A stretch of DNA of 51,339 bases from Candidatus Taylorbacteria bacterium RIFCSPHIGHO2_01_FULL_51_15 (lineage in GTDB: Bacteria; Patescibacteriota; Minisyncoccia; Phycocordibacterales; UBA10002). The stretch spans positions 2,718 through 54,056 of the forward strand of contig MHRI01000011.1 in NCBI GenBank assembly GCA_001820935.1, in the 5' to 3' direction. Below, piece by piece: positions 1-8,910 of this stretch (the first letter of the stretch is position 1; each line of letters starts with the position of its first letter). The translations under genes and the position numbers were made by a program. The notes beneath the pieces were generated by a model. That model made no database searches. It was not told the DNA's origin and worked only from the letters and a program-made list of their open reading frames with translations.

Positions 1-568
1 CGATACACCATCCATTACCTCCGTCTGCTCCGTTTTGGGTGATACCCGCTTCACCTTGTAGATTGAGAACCGTGCCTCCGCTCCCTATTCCGCCAGCACC
101 TCCTCCGACCATTGGACAGCCCCCGCTCCATCCGCCGTCTCCACCGGTCGCGCTAATGAGTGTGCTAAAACTGCTTGTCCCGCCAGGTCTTCCTAAGTAT
201 CCGCCCATAACTCGGCTACAGGGGCCGTAGGGACCAACAGTCGTGCCAGAGCCGCCGGCCCCTACTTTGATAGAATAGTCATTCCCAGGGACGACGGAGT
301 AGACACCCTTAGCGTAGCCTCCGCCGCCTGCGCCGGAACCGCCATCCCCGACACCTCCATCTCCATCGCCTCCCGCACCTCCCCCTCCCCATACCTCAAC
401 GGTTACTTCAGTCACACCGGAAGGTGCTTTCCAAGTAAAATTCCCGGGAGTGGAAAATTCATCTGTCGCGGCGTTCGCCAGGCTGACTCCCCCAAAAAGC
501 ATCACAAGCACACTTGTGACAAACGGGAGAAGAAAATGTGCGAGGAAAAGCCTCAATCTAAACCTCAT
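1..568 (-). CDS. secreted glycine-rich domain protein, N-terminal part only (gene runs off the left edge)
   Basis: ATG at 568-566. My translation is MRFRLRLFLAHFLLPFVTSVLVMLFGGVSLANA (signal peptide), then FTWKAPSGVTEVTVEVWGGGGAGGDGDGG..., open down to base 2. It is absent from the ORF track because no stop lies inside the window. The 39..230 + Pro-rich ORF is its antisense shadow. Confidence 0.7.
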   Translation of the reverse strand, partial: MRFRLRLFLAHFLLPFVTSVLVMLFGGVSLANAATDEFSTPGNFTWKAPSGVTEVTVEVWGGGGAGGDGDGGVGDGGSGAGGGGYAKGVYSVVPGNDYSIKVGAGGSGTTVGPYGPCSRVMGGYLGRPGGTSSFSTLISATGGDGGWSGGCPMVGGGAGGIGSGGTVLNLQGEAGITQNGADGGNGWCI

Positions 569-699
569 AAATTGTCATGAACACAAACCGCAATACCGAT
601 GTAAAACTACATGTAAATCTTATAGAGTGACGCCACAGGGCTACAGCCCGCTCGGTTCGCCCGAATAGGGCGTTACACCCTGTGGAGCGAAGCCACACC

Positions 700-1065
700 T
701 CATCTACTTAACGCTCCGAAGATTGCAGTTCGTTCACTTTCCGTGAATCCATAGAGATGCGCTTCGGAGAGCATAACGATAGAGATAGACTGTTTCTCTT
801 CGGCGGTGAGGGGCTTCGAGGAATTCGCGCGAGAAAGAATATGCGTCTTGTACGCGGCAATGTCGGTTTTTGTGCCTTGAGGGGGCTGCGCTTTGCCTAA
901 TAGTTCATCTTGGCTTAGTGCCGGACGAGCTTTCAATTCACGTTCAGTTAAAGGATTCTGACCGACTCCACCATCAGACGATCCCCCTCCCCAAAATACC
1001 CAGCCAATAAGGAGGAGCCCGATAACCCCGAGAATGATATAGAGCGTGCGATTTTTATGTTCCAT
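700..1065 (-). CDS. small N-terminally anchored membrane protein, unknown function
   Basis: ORF 700..1101. The internal ATG at 1065 gives MEHKNRTLYIILGVIGLLLIGWVFWGG, one TM helix followed by a soluble tail. The start is uncertain (TTG at 1101 is possible). Confidence 0.5.
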   Translation of the reverse strand: MEHKNRTLYIILGVIGLLLIGWVFWGGGSSDGGVGQNPLTERELKARPALSQDELLGKAQPPQGTKTDIAAYKTHILSRANSSKPLTAEEKQSISIVMLSEAHLYGFTESERTAIFGALSR

Positions 1066-1423
1066 GAAAAAACCACAATTAGTCTTAATAAAAGCGACCA
1101 ACGAGAGTGTTGTTCTATAAGTATAGCACTAGGGGATCGAAATACCCCGCTGGCAGATGTTGATAACGTCAGGCGTATCCCATTACGAGGTAAGAGTCAG
1201 ACTCTCGGCAGAGAGAGTCTGACTCCTACCCTCTTCTACCCCAAAAAGTGATACATCTCGATAACGTAGAAAAAGGGGCTAACTTTTTGACATAGTTATA
1301 GAATCGTGGCCATATTGACTTTGCGCGGGCTTTCATGCGATAATTGCGCCAGATCGCGGTTCTCTGAAATGTTTCTGCATCACGCGGGAAAAGAACACCG
1401 ATCCTTACGAAAGGAGCTCTCGA

Positions 1424-2371
1424 ATGAGAACTCTACTCGCCTTTTCAGGCACACTCCTGTGCCTCATCGGCACACTCTTTGGGGCATCAGAACCACCAAC
1501 GCAATTCTCAATTGCCATCGGAAAGAATCTCGAGAGACATATTGATTGGATAAGCGTCGGTGTCGGCACATCGAAAGGTTGGAGCGCAGCCTACACAAAC
1601 ATTATCTATGACCCTAGGAAAGACTCCGTCCAATCCGTTGTCGCGGAGCAGCTCGGGGCTATGGAGATGAATCCAAGAGCAGAGTTTGCCGACGTCGAAC
1701 ATGGGGTATGGGTGACAGCACATGCTCGACTGGAAGAGTTTGCGTTCCAGTCAGAAGCGGTTATGTTTGCCGCTCCAATCGAGAACGGGGGTTTTGACTC
1801 CTACTTCCGCTTCGAGAAAAGGGATGGAAAGCTGGCGATTCCCGAAAAGAACAAGCATCTCATCTTCAGGTACCCCGGCTCCATTGCTTACCTCTCAAAA
1901 GGGGCAACGGCGCTTAGAATCACCGCAAGGGAAGGAAGTCGGATGGCAATTCTCGACACACGCACGGAGGTGAATGACTTTGGAGTTCTATGTCAGATTC
2001 CTTCAATTCAGAATGGACTTAAGTTTGGGGTCGTCCATCTTCCTAAGGAGTTCGTGGTTCCTACCTCAGACCACTGGTGGACTGACATCGAGTTCATCTA
2101 CTTTTGGGACGAGAAGTTCATACTACTTGACGAGAACGGAGATCCTAAACCGCCTCTATCCATACAAGTAATTGGTGGAGGTCTCGAACTTACCGTTACG
2201 ATTGAGGGTGAGATCGAGGAGAGTGACTCGGTTGACGGAAAGTGGGGTCCAGCTTACTCCCTTACCGCCCTTGTTGAGGAGGAAAGTGCCCCTCGCCGCT
2301 TCCTTGTCACGCAGAGAGGAGCAATGAAGTTGTATCGAGTTCGACAGGACGTCGGACTGCAGAAGCAATAA
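1424..2371 (+). CDS. secreted hypothetical protein
   Basis: 315-aa ORF with a signal-peptide-like N-terminus (MRTLLAFSGTLLCLIGTLFGASEPP). No recognisable motif. Followed by a terminator hairpin. Confidence 0.6.
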   Translation: MRTLLAFSGTLLCLIGTLFGASEPPTQFSIAIGKNLERHIDWISVGVGTSKGWSAAYTNIIYDPRKDSVQSVVAEQLGAMEMNPRAEFADVEHGVWVTAHARLEEFAFQSEAVMFAAPIENGGFDSYFRFEKRDGKLAIPEKNKHLIFRYPGSIAYLSKGATALRITAREGSRMAILDTRTEVNDFGVLCQIPSIQNGLKFGVVHLPKEFVVPTSDHWWTDIEFIYFWDEKFILLDENGDPKPPLSIQVIGGGLELTVTIEGEIEESDSVDGKWGPAYSLTALVEEESAPRRFLVTQRGAMKLYRVRQDVGLQKQ

Positions 2372-2395
2372 TCTGGCGCGGAGGCGCCGCATATC

Positions 2396-2429
2396 GAGGT
2401 CCTGGCCTAGTTGCCTGGACCTCCTTTTT
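2396..2429 (+). terminator. intrinsic terminator
   Basis: gaggtcctggc / gcctggacctc form an 11-bp stem with 1 mismatch, loop ctagtt, followed by a T-run, 25 nt after the stop at 2371. Confidence 0.6.
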
Positions 2430-2574
2430 ATCCACACGAAAATTTGACACAAAATAGCTAACTTGCTAAGGTGTAGATACACGGTGTTCGCCTTCTCGGG
2501 CGGACATTTTTTATAGAAAATTAATGAAGCGTAAGCGGAGTATAATTTTCATAACCCCCTCACTTACAGACAAT

Positions 2575-2832
2575 ATGTTCTACTTCTACGTGTTGCAATC
2601 ACTCACGGACAAGGACTTGTACTTTGGATACACGGACAATCTGAAACGACGATTCAAAGAACATCATGACGGTCGAGTGATTGCAACACGCCGCCGCTTG
2701 CCAATGCATCTTGCATACTATGAGGCGTAAAGCGCGAAGAAAGACGCTAGAAATCGGGAGTTTCAGATTAAGCGGCGGTCTAAAGCACACATAGGTTTGA
2801 AATGTCGCATAATTAATAGTTTAAATCGGTAA
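2575..2832 (+). pseudogene. GIY-YIG (URI) nuclease family gene interrupted by an in-frame TAA
   Basis: MFYFYVLQSLTDKDLYFGYTDNLKRRFKEHHDG...LPMHLAYYEA, then TAA at 2728-2730. The same frame continues SAKKDARNREFQIKRRSKAHIGLKCRIINSLNR to TAA at 2830-2832. Together the two parts give a full-length ~85-aa GIY-YIG protein. Confidence 0.6.
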
Positions 2833-2887
2833 GTGAGGGGGTGATGATTTTTATAGTCGTCGCTACGCTCCTCCTTAAAAATCAATC

Positions 2888-4099
2888 ATGTTTGACCTCA
2901 AAATAATCAATTCCGTCCTCGACCAACTCGAGGAAGAACGCGGCATCCCGCGCGATAAAGTGCTCGAAGCCATCGAGGCTGCGCTCGCGACGGCGTACAA
3001 AAAAGAATATGGCAAGAAGGGCCAGATTGTCCGGGCTAAATTTGATATTGGAAGTGGGGCAACCACCTTTAATCAGGTGAAGATCGTCGTCGACGAGACG
3101 CGCGTCATTCCGGAAACGGAAATCGAGAAAATGAAAGAAACGGAGAAAGAGCGCGATCCTAGCGATGAGCGCATTTATTTCAATCCCGAACACCACATCA
3201 TGATTCATGACGCGAAGAAGATAAAGAAAGACGCGGCCCTCGATGAGGAGATTGTCTTTCCGCTCGAAAGCAAGGGGGATTACGGACGTATCGCGGCGCA
3301 AACGGCGAAACAGGTGATTATTCAAAAAATCCGTGAAGCTGAAAAGACTTCGGTGATGACGGAGTACGGCGCAAGGCAAGGTGAGATCGTTTCGGGTACG
3401 GTGCAGCGCATAGAGCGCGGTAATCTCTTTATCGACATGGGTCGCGCGACAGGGCTTCTCCCCTATGAAGAGCAAATCCCCGGGGAGCGCTACCGTCAGG
3501 GCGAGCGTGTGCGTGCGTATCTCTATCGCGTGGAGGAGTCTCCCAAGGGTATTTTTCTTAAGCTGTCCCGATCGCACCCAAAATTCATTTACGAACTCTT
3601 CAAACAGGAGGCGCCCGAAGTCGCAAGTAGCGCTGTTGAAATCAAGGCGATAGCCCGCGAGCCGGGTTCCCGAACTAAAATCGCGGTGGCTTCGAATGAT
3701 CCGCATATTGACCCGGTTGGTTCTCTCGTGGGACAGCGCGGCGTGCGCGTGTCAACGGTGATGTCGGAACTTGGCGGCGAGAAAATAGATATCATTGAGT
3801 GGTCGCCGGAAGCGGCGAAATTCATAGAAGCGGCGCTCTCGCCTGCTGAAGTACTTTCCGTTAAAGTAGACGAGACAGGGAAAAAGGCCGTCGTAGAAGT
3901 AGCTGAAACCGAACAGTCGCTGGCCATTGGCAAAGGGGGCCAAAATGTCCGCCTCGCCGCGAAGCTCACCGGCTGGAAGATTGATATCCGCTCGGCCAAG
4001 AGTGAAGCCGCCGTGAAAACGGAAGTACCGGAAGCGGAACCAACCACCGACATCTCACAACCAACCACTGAAGAAACGCCGGGGGAGAAAAAAGAATAG
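2888..4099 (+). CDS. nusA: transcription termination/antitermination factor NusA
   Basis: 403 aa. N-terminal domain, S1-like segment (GEIVSGTVQRIERGNLFIDMG) and two KH segments (GSRTKIAV..DPVGSLVGQRGVRV; LAIGKGGQNVRLAAKLTGWKIDI). Confidence 0.9.
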   Translation: MFDLKIINSVLDQLEEERGIPRDKVLEAIEAALATAYKKEYGKKGQIVRAKFDIGSGATTFNQVKIVVDETRVIPETEIEKMKETEKERDPSDERIYFNPEHHIMIHDAKKIKKDAALDEEIVFPLESKGDYGRIAAQTAKQVIIQKIREAEKTSVMTEYGARQGEIVSGTVQRIERGNLFIDMGRATGLLPYEEQIPGERYRQGERVRAYLYRVEESPKGIFLKLSRSHPKFIYELFKQEAPEVASSAVEIKAIAREPGSRTKIAVASNDPHIDPVGSLVGQRGVRVSTVMSELGGEKIDIIEWSPEAAKFIEAALSPAEVLSVKVDETGKKAVVEVAETEQSLAIGKGGQNVRLAAKLTGWKIDIRSAKSEAAVKTEVPEAEPTTDISQPTTEETPGEKKE

Positions 4100-4113
4100 T
4101 CGTCTCCTCTCCT

Positions 4114-4141
4114 CACCCCTCCTCTCTAAGGAGGGGTGTTT
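4114..4141 (+). terminator. hairpin after nusA (family-E repeat word)
   Basis: cacccctcc / ggaggggtg form a 9-bp perfect stem, loop tctctaa, then ttt. Starts 15 nt after the nusA stop. Confidence 0.5.
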
Positions 4142-4308
4142 CGTCTTCGAGACGGGGTGGTAGTGCTCTAACAAAAAATCCCGCTCGGGAAAAGGGAAAC
4201 TCCGCTCTTGTTATTCCCGCGTAGGCGGGAATCCAGTCAAAAACAATGATTACCACTTATTTGCGGTCGTAGATATGTGGTAACTTGCCGCTACACCCAT
4301 TTTTCCGA

Positions 4309-4342
4309 GAAAAAAGGCGGGGCGGCTTGTTTGCCGACCCGC
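4309..4342 (-). terminator. intrinsic terminator of the 4360..4851 gene
   Basis: On the - strand, gcgggtcggc aaacaa gccgccccgcc is followed by tttttt. Lies 18 nt downstream of the stop at 4360. Confidence 0.65.
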
Positions 4343-4359
4343 GTGCGCAAAAACCGAAC

Positions 4360-4851
4360 TTAGTGTGAATTGGGAAATGTTACTTTGTAGTTTCCCTCCT
4401 CTGTTTCCTCAACAATACCGATATTGATACAGCGAGGCCACCCATGCGGCGCAAAAACGAACCTGGAGCGCAGACCTTCTCCACTTACATCGCTCTCCAC
4501 ATCCGCAATGTATTGCGCCAGTTTTTCTTCCATGTACCTTTCCAAATGAACTGACCGGTTCGCGATAAGTTGCCATGAGGGAATACGTGTGTAGTCGCCG
4601 AACCCGGATTCGATGCCGCAAAGAGCGATTGAAATCTTCCCTTCCTTCACTCCTCCAACCTGCGCGAGAGTATGAAATAAGAGAAAGTGCACCGTTTGGT
4701 GTTTCTCCTTCAAGCCCTCACCGGCGCCGGAGGAAGCACTGACGTAAAAAGTAAAGATGATCGCCTTACCTTCTGGAAGGAAGCTTAAGTTGAGACATGT
4801 GGTTGCAACGCGCAGGGCGGTTGAAAAAGGCATGAAAAGTTCTCGATTCAT
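4360..4851 (-). CDS. hypothetical protein
   Basis: 163-aa ORF with its own terminator. No motif recognised. Confidence 0.5.
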   Translation of the reverse strand: MNRELFMPFSTALRVATTCLNLSFLPEGKAIIFTFYVSASSGAGEGLKEKHQTVHFLLFHTLAQVGGVKEGKISIALCGIESGFGDYTRIPSWQLIANRSVHLERYMEEKLAQYIADVESDVSGEGLRSRFVFAPHGWPRCINIGIVEETEEGNYKVTFPNSH

Positions 4852-5016
4852 AGCAGAATTTCTTTCTATCCGAAGTAGAATATGACAATTAAGACACGAC
4901 TTGTCAATCCTCGCCTAATCATAAAACTCTGCTACAATCGGACTTGATATTGGCTTTATTTACCAGTTTTTAACTTCTTACGGCTTCGAACCTAGAACTT
5001 CGAGCTTTTTTATTTC

Positions 5017-7023
5017 ATGAATCCCGTCATCGTATTCGCTCTCGCTTCGTCATTACTCGCGCTTCTCTATGGCATCGTCGCCGCCACTCGTCTTCTCAAA
5101 CAAAACGCCGGAAGCGAACGGATGAAAGAAATCTCCGGGGCGATCGCGCAGGGCGCGAAAGCGTATCTCAACCGCCAGTACAAAACGGTTGCCCTTGTCG
5201 CTCTCATCCTCGCGGTTATTCTTTACTTCGCGTTTAACGCAACCACCGCCATCGGTTTTCTTATCGGTGCCGTTCTTTCGGCGCTCGCCGGGTACATCGG
5301 CATGAACGTCTCGGTGCGCGCGAACGCACGGGTTGCACAGGCGGCAACCGGAGGAATGAAAGGTGCACTCGCGCTCGCGTTCCAGGGCGGCTCAATTACG
5401 GGACTTTTGGTCGTCGGCCTTGCCCTTCTCGGTGTCGCGGGATTTTTTGCGGTAACGGGAGATGTGAAGGCACTTATCGGACTTTCGTTCGGGGCTTCAC
5501 TCATTTCGGTGTTTGCCCGTCTTGGTGGAGGTATTTTTACGAAAGCCGCCGATGTCGGGGCTGACCTTGTCGGAAAGGTTGAAGCGGGTATCCCGGAGGA
5601 TGACCCGAGAAACCCGGCCGTCATCGCGGACAATGTGGGAGATAACGTGGGCGATTGCGCGGGCATGGCTGCGGACCTCTTTGAGACGTACGCGGTTACC
5701 GCGATCGCGGCGATGCTTCTTGGTGTGATTATTTTCCCCGATTTCGAGGGCGCGCTTCTCTACCCTCTCGCGATCGGCGCCGTTTCGATCATTGCCTCGA
5801 TTCTTGGTACGTTCTTCGTAAGGCTTGGCAAAAACGGCTCGATCATGGGTGCGCTGTATAAAGGCCTCATCGCTTCGGGTGTGCTTTCCGCGATTGCGTT
5901 TTACCCGCTCACCCTGCGGCTCATGGAAGGAAACGGCCTCTTTGCTCCAAGCGCGCTTTTCTATGCTTCGCTTGTCGGCCTCTTTGTCACGGGACTGCTT
6001 GTATGGATCACCGAGTATTACACCGGCACGGGACACCCCCCAGTGCAATCAATCGCGGAGGCAAGTCGCTCGGGACATGGAACCAACATCATCCAAGGTC
6101 TCGCGGTCTCGATGAAAGCTACCGCTCTTCCGCTCCTTACTATTGTCGGAGGTATTCTCGCCGCCCATTATTTCGCGGGACTCTATGGCATCGCCATTGC
6201 CGCGATGAGCATGCTTTCGATGGCGGGCATCATTGTCGCGATTGACGCCTATGGCCCGATCACCGACAACGCGGGAGGTATCGCGGAAATGAGTAATCTT
6301 CCAAAGAACGTGCGCGAAGTGACGGACGCGCTCGACGCGGTGGGTAACACGACGAAGGCGGTCACAAAAGGCTACGCCATCGGTTCGGCAGGACTCGCGG
6401 CGATCGTACTGTTTTCTTCGTACACGCAGGAATTTGAAGCGCTCGGGAAAACTCTCTCGTTCGATCTAAGAGATCCTTTGGTGATCATCGGCTTGTTTAT
6501 TGGCGGACTTCTTCCCTACTACTTCGCAGCGATCTCTATGGAGTCGGTGCGTAAAGCCGCAAGCTCGGTGGTGGAAGAAGTGCGGCGTCAGTTTCGTGAG
6601 ATCAAGGGTATCATGACCGGCGACGCGAAACCTGACTACAGCAAGGCGGTAGATATTGTGACGAAAGCAGCCATCAAGGAAATGATTGTGCCCGCCCTTA
6701 TTCCGGTACTTGCTCCGATCATCGTCGGCTTTCTCTTCGGTCCAGTCGCGCTCGGAGGCCTCCTTGTCGGTTCAATCGTCACTGGACTCTTCGTCGCGAT
6801 TTCAATGACGTCAGGCGGTGGCGCGTGGGATAACGCCAAGAAACTGATTGAAAGGGATCCGCCGGGTGTCGGATTTGGCGGCAAAGGATCGGATGCCCAC
6901 AAAGCGGCCGTGACGGGAGATACGGTCGGCGATCCCTATAAAGACACTGCCGGACCGGCGATAAATCCGATGATTAAGATCTTAAATATAGTCGCACTGC
7001 TTCTTATTCCGTTTCTGTTATAA
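5017..7023 (+). CDS. hppA: membrane-bound proton/sodium-translocating pyrophosphatase
   Basis: 668 aa, polytopic. Hallmark segments [39 protein letters not shown] and [18 protein letters not shown]. Confidence 0.93.
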   Translation: MNPVIVFALASSLLALLYGIVAATRLLKQNAGSERMKEISGAIAQGAKAYLNRQYKTVALVALILAVILYFAFNATTAIGFLIGAVLSALAGYIGMNVSVRANARVAQAATGGMKGALALAFQGGSITGLLVVGLALLGVAGFFAVTGDVKALIGLSFGASLISVFARLGGGIFTKAADVGADLVGKVEAGIPEDDPRNPAVIADNVGDNVGDCAGMAADLFETYAVTAIAAMLLGVIIFPDFEGALLYPLAIGAVSIIASILGTFFVRLGKNGSIMGALYKGLIASGVLSAIAFYPLTLRLMEGNGLFAPSALFYASLVGLFVTGLLVWITEYYTGTGHPPVQSIAEASRSGHGTNIIQGLAVSMKATALPLLTIVGGILAAHYFAGLYGIAIAAMSMLSMAGIIVAIDAYGPITDNAGGIAEMSNLPKNVREVTDALDAVGNTTKAVTKGYAIGSAGLAAIVLFSSYTQEFEALGKTLSFDLRDPLVIIGLFIGGLLPYYFAAISMESVRKAASSVVEEVRRQFREIKGIMTGDAKPDYSKAVDIVTKAAIKEMIVPALIPVLAPIIVGFLFGPVALGGLLVGSIVTGLFVAISMTSGGGAWDNAKKLIERDPPGVGFGGKGSDAHKAAVTGDTVGDPYKDTAGPAINPMIKILNIVALLLIPFLL

Positions 7024-7054
7024 TAGGAGACACGGAGAAATCCGAAGCACGGTA

Positions 7055-7155
7055 CACAAAAACCAAACAAACATCCCAAAGCACAATATCCAAAAAGCCA
7101 AACGAGGAAGGAAGATTTGTGTTTTGTTTGGATACTGGGCGGTCTGTGCTTTGTG
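7055..7155. repeat. family-A word element, copy A1 (CCAAACAAA / AAAGCACA / TCCAAAAAGCCAAA words)
   Basis: Its reverse complement aligns at roughly 90 percent identity, with one 18-nt indel, to 8776..8896. Shares the core cccaaagcacaRtRtccaaaaRgccaaac with 42051..42114. Confidence 0.8.
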
Positions 7156-7169
7156 TCACTAATTAAGAC

Positions 7170-7454
7170 ATGTATCCAACCGAAGAAACCGGAGTCACAC
7201 CATTGCGGTCAATGCGGCAGGAGGATGCGGCGGAACAAACGCCTATCCCTAGGCCTCTCCAAAGCCTGCCCGCGACGCCAGAGAAATTTCTTCCGCTGCC
7301 ACGCCATATTTCATGGAGTACCGTCATTGGCATCGTGATCCTCGTCCTCTTTCTCATCCTGGCAGGGCTGTACACTTGGGGCGCCAAGCTTGCCAAAGAA
7401 GATGCTGTATTGCAAAATGCCGAAGTAGGAATTGAGGCGGAAAACACGTTTTAG
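7170..7454 (+). CDS. small single-pass membrane protein
   Basis: 94-aa ORF with one TM helix (WSTVIGIVILVLFLILAGLYTW). Weak call. Confidence 0.4.
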   Translation: MYPTEETGVTPLRSMRQEDAAEQTPIPRPLQSLPATPEKFLPLPRHISWSTVIGIVILVLFLILAGLYTWGAKLAKEDAVLQNAEVGIEAENTF

Positions 7455-7456
7455 AA

Positions 7457-7643
7457 TAGAACTGGTTTCAAAACCTATCGCAATCCAAAGATTCGCGGTA
7501 TTCGAGAGAAAAAGGGCGCAGACGAGGAAGGTGTAGCCGGCTACTCCGACTGAGGATAAGCCATTTTTCACCGAATACCACGAATCGACGATGCGAAATG
7601 GCTTCAATCAACGACGCCATGGTAGGTTTTGAAACCAGTTCTA
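7457..7643. repeat. 187-bp MITE-like hairpin element with 21-bp perfect terminal inverted repeats
   Basis: tagaactggtttcaaaaccta at 7457-7477 is the exact reverse complement of 7623-7643. A nested 15-bp inverted repeat lies at 7490-7504 / 7572-7586 (1 mismatch). Confidence 0.75.
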
Positions 7644-7761
7644 GTCGGGGCGTCTGTCATTTGAGTTCTCGTGCCTGTGTTTTCCAGAGAGCGAGGAGTA
7701 GCAAGTGGCGTTGAGTTTTTGGTTTTTTGTGCCTGTCTGCGTTTTGTGCCTTTTTTGTGTT

Positions 7762-8772
7762 ATGCATTACACCATTAAAGAGAAAAAGTTGCTTCCCAAA
7801 TCACAGCTTCTTGTGACACTCGAGATCCAAAGCGAGGAGATAGCGCAGCACCGCGCCCATGTGCTTGGCCATCTGAAAAAGGACACCGAACTTCCTGGTT
7901 TTCGTAAAGGATTTGTGCCGGAAAAGATGATTCGCGAGCGCATGGGTGAGATGGCACTTTGGGAGGAGGCCGCGATGGAGGCGCTCTCGCACGTGCTTGC
8001 ACAGGTGGTAGAGGCGGAGAAGCTCCGGCTCATCGGCCGACCCAGTGTGGAGGTGAAAAAGCTCGCGCCAGATAATGCCGCCGAGCTTGCGGTTACCCTG
8101 ACGCTGTATCCCGAACTCTCGCTTCCTGACTACAAAAAGATTGCCGCAACGCACGGCGAGAAGAAACCAGAACCGGACGATGTCGATGAAAAAGAGATTG
8201 ATACCGTTGTGGCAGAAATTAAAAAACAGCATGAGGCTTCGGCGGGGAAAAAGGATTTTAACATTACGGATGAAACGGTGAAGGAGTTCGGCGAGTTTAA
8301 GACGGTTTCCGACTTTCGAGCAAAAGTTAAAGAAGGTCTTGCTTCACGTAAAGCAGAACGAAATCGCGAGAAACGTCGTGCGCAGCTTCTCGATGTGCTC
8401 GTGAATGAGAGCGGGGGGGAGATACCGGAGATGATGATTGAAAGTGAACTTTCGCGAATGGAAAATGAGTTTCGTGCGGAGATAGAACGCATGGGCGGGT
8501 CCTTCGAGAACTACCTAAAGGAGCTGAAGAAGGATGTGGCGACCTTGAAAGAGAGCTGGCGAGAGAGTGGGGAGCGGCGTGCAAGGCTGCAACTCATGCT
8601 CTTCCAAATAGCGCGTAAGGAATCCCTTGCCGCAACGAGAGAAGAAATTGAAAAGGAAGTGAAGCACCTTCTCGAGCACTACAAAGACGCAGATGAAGAA
8701 AACGCGCGGAGTTATGTTGAGACACTGCTCACGAACCAGAAAGTGCTGGAATTTCTAGAAAAACAAAAGTAG
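7762..8772 (+). CDS. tig: trigger factor lacking the PPIase domain
   Basis: N-terminal ribosome-binding signature LPGFRKGFVPEKMIRE followed by a C-terminal helical domain. Only 336 aa from ATG 7762. The upstream part of ORF 7705.. is repeat-word sequence. Confidence 0.8.
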   Translation: MHYTIKEKKLLPKSQLLVTLEIQSEEIAQHRAHVLGHLKKDTELPGFRKGFVPEKMIRERMGEMALWEEAAMEALSHVLAQVVEAEKLRLIGRPSVEVKKLAPDNAAELAVTLTLYPELSLPDYKKIAATHGEKKPEPDDVDEKEIDTVVAEIKKQHEASAGKKDFNITDETVKEFGEFKTVSDFRAKVKEGLASRKAERNREKRRAQLLDVLVNESGGEIPEMMIESELSRMENEFRAEIERMGGSFENYLKELKKDVATLKESWRESGERRARLQLMLFQIARKESLAATREEIEKEVKHLLEHYKDADEENARSYVETLLTNQKVLEFLEKQK

Positions 8773-8775
8773 GAA

Positions 8776-8910
8776 CACAACAAAACACAATCCGCCCAGT
8801 ATCCAAACAAAACACAAACTTCCCAAAACACAAATCTTCCTTCCTCGTTTGGCTTTTTTGGATACTGTGCTTTGGTATGTTTGTTTGGTCTTTGTGTACT
8901 GTGCTTTTTG
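8776..8910. repeat. family-A word element, copy A2 (opposite orientation to A1)
   Basis: See 7055..7155. Fills the spacer between the tig stop and the rsmE stop. Confidence 0.8.

Noticed and set aside
39-230. 63-aa proline-rich + strand ORF.
   Set aside because: It is the antisense shadow of the glycine-rich - strand gene (GGN codons read as NCC).
2728-2730. Stop-codon reassignment, as in some CPR lineages.
   Set aside because: TGA (clpP), TAA (hppA, rny) and TAG (nusA, tig) all end well-recognised genes at the expected length. A single in-frame TAA in one small gene is better explained by a nonsense mutation.
3589-4116. Long antisense or alternative-frame ORFs inside nusA, hppA, rny, pnp, pcrA and the 45312 gene (for example 3589..4116, 5497..6048, 10752..11177, 30318..30830, 47642..48004).
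   Set aside because: Each lies entirely within a strongly supported gene on the other strand or frame. Their compositions are Ser/Arg-rich or mirror the K/E-rich repeats, which is typical of shadow ORFs.
4226-4249. attcccgcgtaggcgggaat hairpin, resembling widespread ATTCCC-N8-GGGAAT type repeats.
   Set aside because: There is a single copy in this window with nothing linked to it. It is noted only as another small palindrome.
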